Positions 9,651 through 22,133 of a stretch of 64,000 nucleotides of DNA are shown here, piece after piece. The notes under the pieces were generated by a model, which had not been told where the DNA came from, searched no databases, and worked only from the letters and a program-made list of their open reading frames with translations. This DNA is from Mytilus trossulus (lineage: Eukaryota). A program made the translations under genes and the position numbers. Location of the stretch: positions 38,564,001 through 38,628,000 of the forward strand of contig NC_086382.1 in assembly GCF_036588685.1 (NCBI RefSeq). The letters are read 5' to 3'. Position 1 is the stretch's first letter; each line of letters opens with the position of its first letter.

Positions 9651-11195
9651 AAACGAAGACCGCGAGTAGATGGTTCGTTTTTTAAAATTTTTGGACAATA
9701 AGTTTTAGTTTATAAACAAATATTAAAAAAATCCTTTATTAGTTTCAAAATGTATATGTCGAGACATTTTGAAGTTAGTGCTGTTCCTTAAACAAAGACA
9801 GAAGAAAAAAGAACGCAAACCCTCGTACACTAACACCAAAAGAACTTATAACAGCAACACATATTCTTTAACTGTGGAACATATGTCTACCATTTATACA
9901 CATACGCAAGAAAAAAGGACTGACTCATGTATGTTTTAAAACTTAACTGTTCGTTTGAAAAAAAAAGTGTCAGCATATTTTTTTAAACCAGATATAGGTT
10001 ACTTTGTCTATTAATTGCTTTGTTCCGTTAGTACATCTTGTTTAAGCAATACGATTGCAAGTTATGAAGATGGACAATTTTAGTTTTGAATGAGAGTTGA
10101 CATAGTGTTTGTCTAATAGCTGTGCTAAAAGTACCCACAGAAATGTTTTCTTAACAACAGCATATATCGTTTATGATGTACACTTTCTTCTTATCTTGAG
10201 ATCATGGATCTTCCTTAAATTAGAAGCAAATTAATTCTTAAATTCTATAATTTAATGTATGCTGAAGATTCGTTACGTAACATTGTCTGTGTATTAGTCA
10301 AATTAGTTTTAGGTGCCGCAGCTGTTCTTTGTAAAAAAAATAAAAGTAGGATAAACAAAGGTATACAGAAAAGCTTTTGATCAAACACTTTTCTATATGA
10401 TTTTGCTAATAATTTTCACATTTATTAGATAATGATATGATTTTATGTAAATTTGGGGTAAAAAAAACAGTAATAATGTTATTCATGTGACGTTGATAAG
10501 CAAGTTCAATAAATAAATACCTTAAAGACCTTGATTAATACATATTACGACTGTGCTACACCATTAAACTTACACTTTTTGCCATGTTAATATTTCTGCT
10601 AAATGCATAAGTGTATGAAAGAAGCCAACAAAATAAACATTTCTATTAACCATAATTAAAAGCTTTTCATTATAGAATGCATGTGAATTAGTTATCAAGG
10701 AAGTCACTCGGTCACAATTATTGTCTTGTCAGATGTTTAGGTAGAACAGAGTATTTAAAGGTAAAAGTGATAAACGTGTTTCCACAATATATATGCAAAT
10801 ATAATGTACAAAACGTTTTAGCTTGAAAAACAAACCCAACCCCAGTGTATAAAAGAATTTATTTTCGCATTTTTAGTAGTGAAAATATGAAAATGAACGC
10901 GTTATCGATTACTTTGTAAAATCCAAGTCACGTTAGCTGTCTGGTAGATAAAAGAAGCATTTGTTTATATTTCATCTATATTTATGCAACATGCTTCTTG
11001 ATTATTATCCTTTTTATATATAATTTACCCATGTAGTAAGAAATTATTTTATGTACAATTATTTATTTATCTGTCTTTCCTTACAACTACCGTTGCAGCA
11101 TATATGTATACATTGATCGTTTTTAAATCAGTTTATCTTCAAATGCGGTTGAACGGCAAAACCTGCTTCTCAACAACCAGTCTGAACCAGGTTAA

Positions 11196-11935
11196 AGGGC
11201 ATATGATACAGATACAGGGGAGGTAATGACGTTGTTATCGTAAATTGTTATTTTCGAGACGTCAAACAGTGACTTATCGGGAAAGAAATGCAGTCTTCGA
11301 CTGATTTTATCATTCAAACTGATCTAACTTGTAAACGAGTTCATAGACCCCCCCTTTTTTTTTTTAAATGATATGTGGTTTGATTACGTATGGAGATTAT
11401 GTGTACCAATTTTCATGAAAAATTCAATAGTGTAAATTTTGTAAATTGGATAAATATTCAGCAAAATAGACGTTTTTTTTTCTTCATTCATGAACATTGG
11501 CTATAGCTGATGTGAGAAATGGTTTAAATTAAATCAAACTTTTAACAATTTAACATTTTTTTAATACATGTAATGGCAACATGGCTCACAAATTAACTGG
11601 GTTACATAATTTCATGAAGGCTGTCAAAATTTTTGCAAATAAAAAAGCAGGTGTATTTAAATCAAAACAAGCATGTGCACCTAAAAATGATTCATATTTT
11701 GCATGCATCTGGTTATTGGTTAAGATTACGTTTTGTGATCGTATTTATGGAGTGCAGCATAGTCCAATGATCGATACGAAAACCAAAAAGAAACAAGATA
11801 ATCATTTAACTAAATTTAGCATCTTGTTTTTATATTTTTTCTTGTACAATTTTTTTTTTATGAAATAAATACAAGTAATGGATAACTTAAATGCTATATA
11901 GTATCGCATGCCAACTCATCTCCCCTGCTGTATCT
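11196..11935. mobile_element. TTAA-flanked non-autonomous DNA transposon (Kolobok-like)
   Basis: TTAA at 11192-11195 and 11936-11939; imperfect TIRs AG...gatacag...caggggag / ctcccctg.ctgtatCT. Confidence 0.55.
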
Positions 11936-12236
11936 TTAAAAGGGAAGTTTATTTTTTGTATGTGTAAAATATAGAAGGATTTTCAAGAACCTAAGACTTA
12001 CTAAACTGGGCTTTTAATTTGTTAAAAATAGGAGACATATTATATATATTCAAGCCACAATTGGGTTGTTTTTGCTCTTGATGCCCATAATTTGGTAGTT
12101 TTCCTGCTCGACTAGTAGCACCTGTCAAACTATTGTATGTATTGGTATTGACGAAGATATATTCTCAAAAGAAATATTAATTTAAGTTCTACGTAATTGA
12201 CTATCGGGAGAAATACAAAGTTTCTGAAAATAAGCA

Positions 12237-12410
12237 TAAAATTGAGAAAGGAAATGGGAAATGTGTCAAAGCGACAACAACCCGACCATAGAGCAGACAA
12301 CATCCGAAGGCCGCCAATGGGTCGTCAATGCAGCAAGAAATTCCCGCACTCGGCGGCGTCCTTCAGCTAGCCCCAAAACAAATATATTTACAAGTTCAGT
12401 GATAATGAAC
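12237..12410 (-). mobile_element. Family A repeat
   Basis: ataaaattgagaaaggaaatggg...agttcagtgataatgaac. Confidence 0.65.
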
Positions 12411-12602
12411 TTAGTAGAATTGATTGTCTCTAGAAAGAGTTAAAATCCAGATTGATGCATATGTCAAGAGTGTCAGTGTTAGGGTCCAAAATCGACTTAT
12501 TAAGGAGAACACCGAATTGATAAATACACTTTTCCAAAACGATCTTACGCATACATTTATATATGAGATTTAATAAAAGTTTGAATAAATGAAATTTCCT
12601 AC

Positions 12603-12717
12603 CTGACTTTCCGACACCTTGTATTCCAAGAATAAGAATATTAACATCCTTATGACTGTGCTTTTGAATTTTTTCCTCAGTTGCAGGTTTTGGATCTTTG
12701 TGAAACGGCAAAGGCAT
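12603..12717 (-). CDS. First coding exon of Ras-superfamily small GTPase, copy B
   Basis: MPLPFHKDPKPATEEKIQKHSHKDVNILILGIQGVGKS; donor TCAG|GTAGGA. Versus copy A: three synonymous changes and an in-frame 6-nt duplication. Confidence 0.75.
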
Positions 12718-15700
12718 ATCAGAAAATATTTAAAAAAAAATATTCCTTTGGTTTATGACTATAAACACAATAGGTATTCGTAACTGTACTACCACAAATT
12801 AAAAACAGACACATTACATTGCGTCATGTCTTGAATCGAGTTCTGCTAGTTTACTGGAATAAATGATAAGCTTTATCAGGCTGAATCAATTTGGTGGCTG
12901 TACAAATAGAACGGCCAATGTATCTTATTATAATAGTACAATAACAATATTATATAAGAAGATCTCAAAGGCTCAATGTTATGCACATGCTTACAGATTA
13001 CACAGACACATTACTTATATACTAAACGTTTTACTGAACCGCAACATCTCTAATTAGACAACGGTTTTTTTAAGGAAGGAAAGATATGACTGTTTTATAT
13101 ATATATACATCATCTCCTCTTGTTAATTATTATGATACTGATAACTTTCAAGCATGACCATAGAAAAACAAATATTCACTAAATTATTTCCTCCTTCATT
13201 TCTGTCTAATTGTATTCAATATTCAATAAAAGAATTAATGAAATGTAATTTGAAAATATGTTCAATCTTATTACAACTACGATTGAATCAAACAATTGCT
13301 TCGCGTTTATGAGTAGTTTGGGGTCAATTGTACAACCATAAAGTATATGAAGTTTCTTTACATCAATAACTTTTTCGAATGCGTAATTTAAACTGCTTCT
13401 TCTAACAAATTGCGCTACTTAAACATAGAAACGCTCTGTGGGAATATTCCATTGATGCATCCTTTAAAGATTAAAGCATATGATAGATCAATTAAAAAGT
13501 ATATAATATTAAATATCAAAAAGAACAACGTACATAAATGTACTGATAGATAAGAAATATATTAAACTCTGCATGAACCTTAGTTTTCTCTCGTCTTTAT
13601 ACTTATTATAAGTTGTTTACTCTTTTTTGCAAAATTCATATACGAAAACCGTTGAAATAATCACGACTTCCTATTGTATCTTAGGTACGGTATTAATATT
13701 CACACAAAACAACATGTATAGTATCACATTTTATAGATTTTCATCGAGGCAACCTTAAGTTATTCAACTTTGTTCTAAAGATCCTTGGGTTTTAAAAAAT
13801 TGACTTTAAGCTCTCCCGATGAAGGTTCATTATAGATTCTGAAAAGCGCACATGACTCATAATATTTACAAAGTTTTATGATTTTGTTTTCTTAAGAAGT
13901 GCAAGCTATGATTTGAGTGCTGTATTATGATGTTTGATCTAGTGGTACAATTTGTCAATTATAAGATACAAAAACTAATTTAATGAACAGTATACGAACT
14001 TCGTGCACACATAATATTAGATATATGTTTATACTAATATACGTTTTATACTTCAGCTGTGCCATTAATTGTGATGTAACTATTGCCACTGATCAGTATT
14101 ATGTATGCAGTATTATTCTCATCATGGCATCTACTAAACAAAGATTCCCATTATTCCTGATGGGTTCATGATAATACCTCAAATACATAATGAATTTAGT
14201 GTATTCAAATGCGGCAAATTGAATCAAAACACTTGTTAATAAAATTAATGAATGGCTGGTGATTAGCTTAGTCTCGAACGATCAATTTGATTGCTATACA
14301 AGTAGGAGGACTGGTGTATCTTATTATCATTTACATCATTATATAAAATAAAAGAAGTAAACCAAGGTTAAATGTTGTATATAATTCACGCAGTTAAGTC
14401 ACAAAAACGTATTTCTTGTACTATACAAATTTGTTTCATGGCAGAATTACTATTATTTCAAATCGAATTATCGTTTTCTTACGCAGTAAAAGAAATAATG
14501 CGCTTTATGTTATTTTTTCCCCTGTAAAATATTGTAACACAAAACGGATTATCGTTTGATCAACTCTATTCTCACATCATCAGAGCATAACATGTATATA
14601 CATTAATTTGAGTAATCATGGTATACCACAATAATAAGTATATGATTTTTCAAGATTTAATATTTTGTCATTATTGCATCTATAATTTTGTTTACCACAG
14701 AAAAAATACCTTCATATCTGTAAGTTGAAATAAACATTGAAAAAACGTAGAAGATAAGTGGTATAAATGAACAAAATTATCATATCCTCATTTACATCCT
14801 ATAATCCTACATTCGAAGTAATTATCATACTCAAGTGATACTTGTACAATTAAACACCCTGTAGTCATTTATTGGCATATGACGCCCCTCACATTAATTA
14901 AACATGTAAAAAATCACTTACAGCAATCCCTTAGGATTCATTTATATATTTAGAAGAATATGATTATGATCATTATATTAACAGAATACATCAACATTTT
15001 AATACTTCACGCGGTAACCAGGTACGAATGACAAATTTTCTAAAGAATGTCTATGCAGCGATTGGCAAAACCACGAAAATGCAAGTTTTGAAATTCATTA
15101 GCACGAACATTAATACATCCGTGGTAGCTAAACATATCGAAGGTCAACTTTACTTGAGAGAGTCGAAACCTTAGTTTCTTCATCATTTCAAAATGTATAA
15201 ACGGACAACAAGTTTTTAAAAGTCCTGACTCTACTTGTCTGAAAACACCATCGGATACTGATTGTCTACTAGGTGAGGACTAATACAGTATAAAGTCGTT
15301 TCAAAAGTAGTTTTTGAAATTTAAAACTTGCAAGTTCTTCAGAAATATTATTGCAAAGAACACAAAAGTGCAATTATATAGGTTTGTATTTTCGTTAATG
15401 CATGTTCTTACTTATGAGAAGGAACATCGGAATTTAATTTCGTTTAACACGTATCAACATCCACTATTATAAAAGTCTTTTGTAAATCTGTTTTAAATAA
15501 ACGATGATTAAAAAATCTACACAATTCAATTAGGATAATCACATACTACATATGTATATTTTCTACTACATTTGTTTTTCTATTGAATGGTTCTTCTATC
15601 TAAACTGTAAATTTATACAAAAATAATACTTGAAAGAAAACGTAAGCTTGTTTGAAGTTGTTTATTTTCTTGGCTAATGTATCTTTTGTCATCAACTTTT

Positions 15701-16356
15701 TTTCTTACTCTTTGATTGTTTCTATGTACAAGTAAGGTTAATGAAAAAGGAAAGCCGAAATGATACAAAATTTTGCCACTGATTAAGTTGATGAAATTAA
15801 AAAAATAATATCAGCGATAAGTTAGAACCAGATTCAACTGTGATTAATTATATAAGGATTAAATTCTAAAATTAGTATTTATATTGTATTTATATATATT
15901 AAGTTATCAGAAGGTAGCGAGATAAATGGTTTAAATTACATTGAGCATGTAAACAGTTTAACAATGATTTCAGTGAGGTAATGGTTATATGCTCATAAAT
16001 TAGTTTGGTTAAATAATTTTTTGAATGCTGTCAAATTTTATGCAAAGAAACATCCATGTTTTAAAAAATCAGGTTTATTCAATGATAACAATTTCATTCG
16101 AAACTTGCATGTGTATCTGGAAATGAATCATATTTTGCACGAATCTTGTTATGGATTAAGAATATTTTTTTGATTGTATGTATGGTGTTCATCATCGGCT
16201 AATGATCTATTCAAAACCAAAATGAACAAAATAACGATTTTACTAAATTGATCATCTTCGTTTTGTTTTTATTAAAATGAACAAAGTAATAGATGACTTA
16301 GATGCTGTACAGTATCACATACAATGTCATCTCCTCTGGTGTCAGACTTTTCTTAA

Positions 16357-16470
16357 TGGATTTCTTTTCAAAAGGCAAATGGATTTCTTTTCAAAAGGAA
16401 AATGAATTTCTTTTCAAAAGGAAAATGGATTTCTTTTCAAAAGGAAAATGGATTTCTTCAAAATGAAAAT
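16357..16470. repeat. 22-bp minisatellite (~5 copies)
   Basis: aatggatttcttttcaaaagga repeated; the paralogous site near 24414 has a single copy. Confidence 0.85.
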
Positions 16471-16941
16471 GTCGATAATGTGGAAACATAATCCAGGAAT
16501 TTTTAGTTGCAAAAAATAGTCTATATTCGAGTCACTATATTGTTTTTTTGCTCTTAATGCCAGTTATTTGGTGGCATTTCTGCTCGAATACCAACCGCGG
16601 AAGGGTTGTAAAACCAGTCAAAGTCGTTTAAAACTTCAATTTTTCGTGCTTGACTAGTATTACTAGTAAAAAAATGTGTTATGCTTTCAGTATTGACGTA
16701 CCAAACCGAATCATGTACTTAATAGTTATAGCATGTAGAATTCTCAAAATAATTTGAAAGCATTACACTTATTAGATACTGTATACGACAACCATAGACA
16801 CAGTATTCTAGTTTGAACAGGCATAGGTATGGATGTATTGGGTTATTATTTTGTTAAGATTTCATGTTCTAGTCATATTGTTTGTTATATTGTTTGTTAT
16901 TGATGTTAGACACGTTAAAGTGTTTTTCATCATAATTGCAG

Positions 16942-18310
16942 ATTTGTCTATAGAAAAACTGCGAGAGTTAGAGCACGATTTAAGGGCATCAGAAAGCGCA
17001 GTTTTTGATTGGAAATGCCACATAGTGAGATTGATCGGCCAAGATTCTTGCAGAAAAGAGAAATTTTTAAACCTTAAGAATGGTGAAGTTATGGTTGTTA
17101 TGGACTCGGCAATACAATCCCCCCCTTTATTGTTCAGACAAAAAAACAAAGCGATTGGTTTAGACAGAAGGGGCTGAATTCGCATGTAACTGTTTATGTT
17201 TTTAAAGATTATGAAAACCAGCCTAGGTTAAGATTTTGTGTGACATATATATATTTCCATTTTTATCATATTGAGTATCTTCACAGAAATTTAAAATAGC
17301 TATTCAGTTTAAAAAAACCGATGTTACATTATTTTTTTAAAACTGAAAATCAGATTATAATGTAACCAGCTTAGTATGTGTCTATTTCTTTGTGTTTACT
17401 TCATAAACAAAGGCCATTATTACTCTCAACTTCATCTCTTTTTGTTTTTTCTTCTTCAGTCAGTACATTCTATGTTAATGTTGGAATATTCTTTTTTAAA
17501 TCTAGTTGTATATATAAAATCAAATATTCATAAAATGATTTTTTCTTAATTTATTAACCACTTACACATACAAGTAGAAAACGTTGCTTCTTTCAGATGA
17601 TTCTTTGCATCTTTCATGTGGATTATACAATATGATTATTTGTGACCAGGATGTTTCAGGCAAAACTAACATGAGAAAAATAAAAGACAGAAAACAAGAT
17701 CTGACAACAAATAATAATAGAAAAGACTAACAGGAGACTCAGAAAGTAAAATGCATTCTCTAAAAATCAAGTCTTTTATATCTCCTCATGTTCCCCAAAC
17801 ACTCTGCAACGTGTAAAGCCCTGTCGATTTTGATCTTGACCTTATCATCAATGCACGAGCTCAGAAATGAATTATGAAACTATTAAAGAGGAAAACCTTG
17901 CTTTGAATAACTAAGGTACTGTTCCGAAGTATGATCCGTTGGACCTCCCTAGGGGAGATCGACAAACACGAGAACCAAAAAAGCACATTTAAATCGTTAC
18001 TGTTTTATAAATATTTAATCAAAAGTTTAATTCAAAATATTAAATCATGTTTCTTTGATATCAGCATCGTTCATATAATGTATGATCATGTTATAGATGG
18101 TGTTGAATAGGATTGGCGCAGAATAGCATGTATGCTGTAACATGTACTATTAGTTTTGAAAAAACAACAATCTACTGTGACAACAGCAGTTTGGGAAAGT
18201 GACAATGCAGGGTGTTATCACTGCTGTAATTTATGGCATGCTGTTCCAGCAATATCAGAACAAACAGGTATGTTTATTATACTTAGGTAGTGTACAAGTC
18301 ACTTACACAC
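16942..18310 (+). pseudogene. Degenerate intron-containing DDE transposase, Sola-type (probably Sola3)
   Basis: Exon 16942-17226 encodes WKCHIVR..QD...VVMDSAI..P..FR/KQSDWFRQKGLNSHVTV (frameshifted). Exon ~18065-18267 encodes HVIDGVE*DW...SDNAGCYH. AG/GT boundaries present; stops and frameshifts. Superfamily assigned from motif recall. Confidence 0.6.
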
Positions 18311-19599
18311 TGAGTATCTATCAGTGTGACTGTCTGTCAATTTACTTTGATAGCCAAGCTCCGACTAAGCAGATTGATGGATATTGATGAATTTTGCACT
18401 GATGTAATACACAACATAAGGATTATGACAGAAGATATAGTATGCAGATAAGATATAAACCATAAAATATTAGAACATGAAAAAGCGCAACTCCTCTCTA
18501 GAAGGATTTCTATGATAACTTACTCAAAGCAAGTATCTTATACATTATATTCCTAAAACGAATTTCAAGGAAAATTTACTCAAAACAACGTGCATAAATA
18601 AATATCACCTTGTTCGATAAGGTACAAGTTTTTTTTTTAAAAGACTTTGACCATGGAATCAAATATTCATGAATATAAACAGGGCATATATGAAAATACA
18701 AAAAAAAAATTACAGACCACAAAGTCTAACCTTTCAAAAAAAAAAATTACCTTGAAAATAACACAATAATACGGTAATTATAGATGAAGTCGAATCAAGT
18801 ATATTAAAAAAAACTAATGATTTTCTTACCCCAGGAGTAGATTACCTTAGACGTATTTTTGGGATTTTCGGGTCCTCAAAGTTCAAGTTTTATTGTTGAT
18901 ATCTTGTTATCAGATAATTTGCAATTTGAAGTTTGAAATTTTTTTTGATAACAGTCAATTACGTAGGTCTTTCTGTTTTTTGTTTTGCGATAAGAGTTTC
19001 ACTTAAGTCATTTGCAATTGAAGTCAAAATAATAGAATGATGTAAAATTTCATCAATATTATATAATTCTATATTTAATAGTTTAAGTTAAATTTTAAGT
19101 CGAATTGAATGAACATTCGTAAAAAAGAGTTAACGTCTTTAGTATGGCAGTACGCATATGAACACTGATTTATTTAAAACTGTATCACATTTAATTATAA
19201 GCACAATGACATTTGCAAAAGTTAAAATATTTGGCTTTAATGAGTCGATTTTTTCTTTTTATATACGGCAATCACTGCATTACATAAATTCAGTTTGTTG
19301 TTTTATACTGGGTGCTACATGTAGTCTGTATCTCTTTATTTTTCAATTCAAATGCTTACATTACACAGACGTATTTCTTTTACTTAAAACGTTTAGCCGA
19401 AAATCAAGATGTCTAATTAGACAACTGTTTTCTGGAGGAAGGAAAGATATTATCGTAACACTGATGTATTAATGAATTATATATCCTATATTCTTGTTAA
19501 TAATTGTGATACTGATAACATTCATATAGCGAGTTATTATAACTCCTATACAAAACTAATATTTCTATATATAAATAAACTAAATATTCACTCCACTAA

Positions 19600-19760
19600 T
19601 ATAAATAAAGGCAACAGTAGTATACCGCTGTTCAAAACTCATAAATCCATGGACAAAAAAGAAAAATCGGGGTAACAAACCAAAACCGAGGGAAACGCAT
19701 TAAATATAAGAGGAGAACAACGACACAACACAGAAACGGACCAAGCATCAGACGAAACAA
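19600..19760 (-). mobile_element. Family E PLE-type 3' end
   Basis: aataaaggcaacagtagtataccgctgttc...; reverse complement of the ends at ~22130 and ~52095. Confidence 0.55.
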
Positions 19761-20347
19761 TAATATAAGTGTTTCTTCCTTCCACTCTCTCAAAATTATA
19801 TTTATTTGTTATCAAGAGAATGAGATTAAAATCGATTATATTCAGTTTGAAATGTTCAAATTAATAACAACTACGATTGTAACAAACATTTTGTTCTCGT
19901 ATACGAGTAATTTGAGGATAAATTGTACAACCATTAAGTATTAAGAGGTTCTTTACATCCATAATTTTCAAACAAAAATCCAAACTGCTTCCGCTAACCA
20001 AGTGCTATTAAAACATAGAAACGCTCTGTGGGAATTTCCTATTGACGCGTCATATAAAAATTGAGGCAGAGTTAAGCTCAATTAAAAAATATGCAGAAGT
20101 AAAATATAACAAGAACAACGTATATGAATTTACTGATAAACAATTAATGTAGTAAACTCTCCATGAACCTTAGTTACCTGTTTTTATACTTATTAAATGT
20201 TGTTGACTACTTTTCAAAATGTTTATACAAACTGTTGAAATAATCACTACTTCCTGTTGTATCTAATGTGCGTTAATAATTTTCATATAAAACAACATGT
20301 ATAGTATCGAATTTTAAAGTTTATATTCACCGAGGAAATAGACTTAA

Positions 20348-20914
20348 GGGGGCTCGCGGGTCAAAATCATTTTTTTAAATTTAATATAGGATTTCTCTAT
20401 ATTTTTCTATAATTGAACTTTATTTTATACTTACTAGAAAAATAAAATAAAAAAATGGGGTCATCGTTCATTCACGCTCACAATCTGCCCTCGACAGAAG
20501 CATACATTTTTGTTAATGTCCTTTTTTTCTGTTGAATTAATAGGAGAAATAGCGGTAATCTCGAAATAAAAAAAGAACTAAATTACAGAAATCACTTAAA
20601 TTTTACAATTATTTAGTTTTATATGTACAGCATTTTCGAAAACAGCAATAAAAAATAAAGGTCACCGACGAGTTAAAAAAGAAATTTCAAATTTTATACA
20701 AAACAAATGGCATTTTTGCACCAAAGGGGATAATTTGGAGCTTTTTCAATGATATATACATTTTAAAAATCACCTGCGGCCAACACGGATTGGTTTTGTG
20801 GAATGATTTTTGTACCATATGATAAAGTCACAACTACTTAAGGTAATGAATAAAATTTGTATTGAAAAATTAATGTTTATTTTTTTTCTTAAAATCTTAT
20901 ACCCGCGAGTCACC
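20348..20914. mobile_element. TTAA-specific MITE (Kolobok-like)
   Basis: TIRs GGGGGCTCGCGGGT / ACCCGCGAGTCACC; TTAA duplicated at 20344-47 and 20915-18; single TTAA at the paralogous empty site 13755-58. Confidence 0.8.
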
Positions 20915-21099
20915 TTAAGATATTCTTCTGTGTCTGTTTATATACATACATCATTGGCTATTAAAAGTTAACTTTGCGCCCTGCCGAGGACAGTTCATTG
21001 TAGATTCTGAAAAACGCTCCTAATTAGTAGTTTGTGGACAAAACGCGTGTCTGGCGTAAATATAAAATTTTAATCCTGGTATCTTTGATGAATTTATCT

Positions 21100-22133
21100 T
21101 AGTCAATCCTTATTCCATCTTATTCATTCAAATGTGACGTCACTTTTCATTTTTTGATGATCTGTTTTACAGATTTAAATGTGACGTCATTTTTTTTTTT
21201 ATCATTTTTTACAATTTCAAATATAACGTCACTTGGCGGTGAGGTTTTGTCTATTTGTTGTACATTTTGGCGAGTTAATAAGTATTTCGGTTGGTCCTTG
21301 TAATTAGTTAATACTTCAGTTTTATCATATATCTTTTGTATAGTCATTTTATAAAATTTACTGTTTGCAAAAGTATAAATCATTCTAAATAAAAGGGATG
21401 TTCTGGTACCTAACAGGAAACCCTGGCCGTACTTGGCACAACGTTTTTAAACGTTTAGTCCTCGATGCTGTTCAACTCTGTACTTGTTTCGGCTTTCAAA
21501 TTTGTGTATCTGGGTGTCACTTGTAAGTCTTGTGTGGACAAAATGCAGTTGTGGCGTATTGTAATTTTAACGTGTTTCCTTTTGTTAGCTATTATTCATG
21601 TGTTTCTTTGTCAATTGTTTTGTCCTATTTATTTATATTGTAGTCATGTAATGTTGTGTTGTCATTTCAATGTTATATTTCACATGGCCATAAAAGAGGG
21701 AGCTTTGCCATGCCACAAAACCAGGTTCAACCCACCATTTGTTCCTTTAAAAATGTCCTGTACCAAGTCAGGAATATGGCCATTGTTATATTATAGCTCG
21801 TTTCTGTGTGTGTTACATTTTAACGTTGTGTTTCCGTTGTGTCGTTTGTGTTCTCTTATTTTTTTTTAGAGTGAATTCATATTACTATAAGACGTGCCAC
21901 GGTACTTATCTATCCCAGTTTCATGTATTTGGTTTTGATTTTATATTCTCATATGATTTTGTCTAATGCTTAGTCCGTTTCTGTGTGTGTTACATTTTAA
22001 TGTTTTGTCGTTGTTTTCCTCTTGTATTTAATGAGTGTCCCTCAGTTTTAGTGTGTTACCCCGATTTTGTTTTTTGTCCATGGATTTATGAGTTTTGAAT
22101 ACTTACTAGCGATATACTACTGTTACCTTTATT
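21100..22133 (+). mobile_element. PLE-associated element: degenerate retrozyme-like/hammerhead module followed by a family E tail
   Basis: 21340-21560 resembles the 354-nt unit with a decayed HHR (gtcacttgtaagtcttgtgtggacaaaatgc). The tail carries cctgtaccaagtcagga (21757) and a duplicated segment. Confidence 0.55.
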
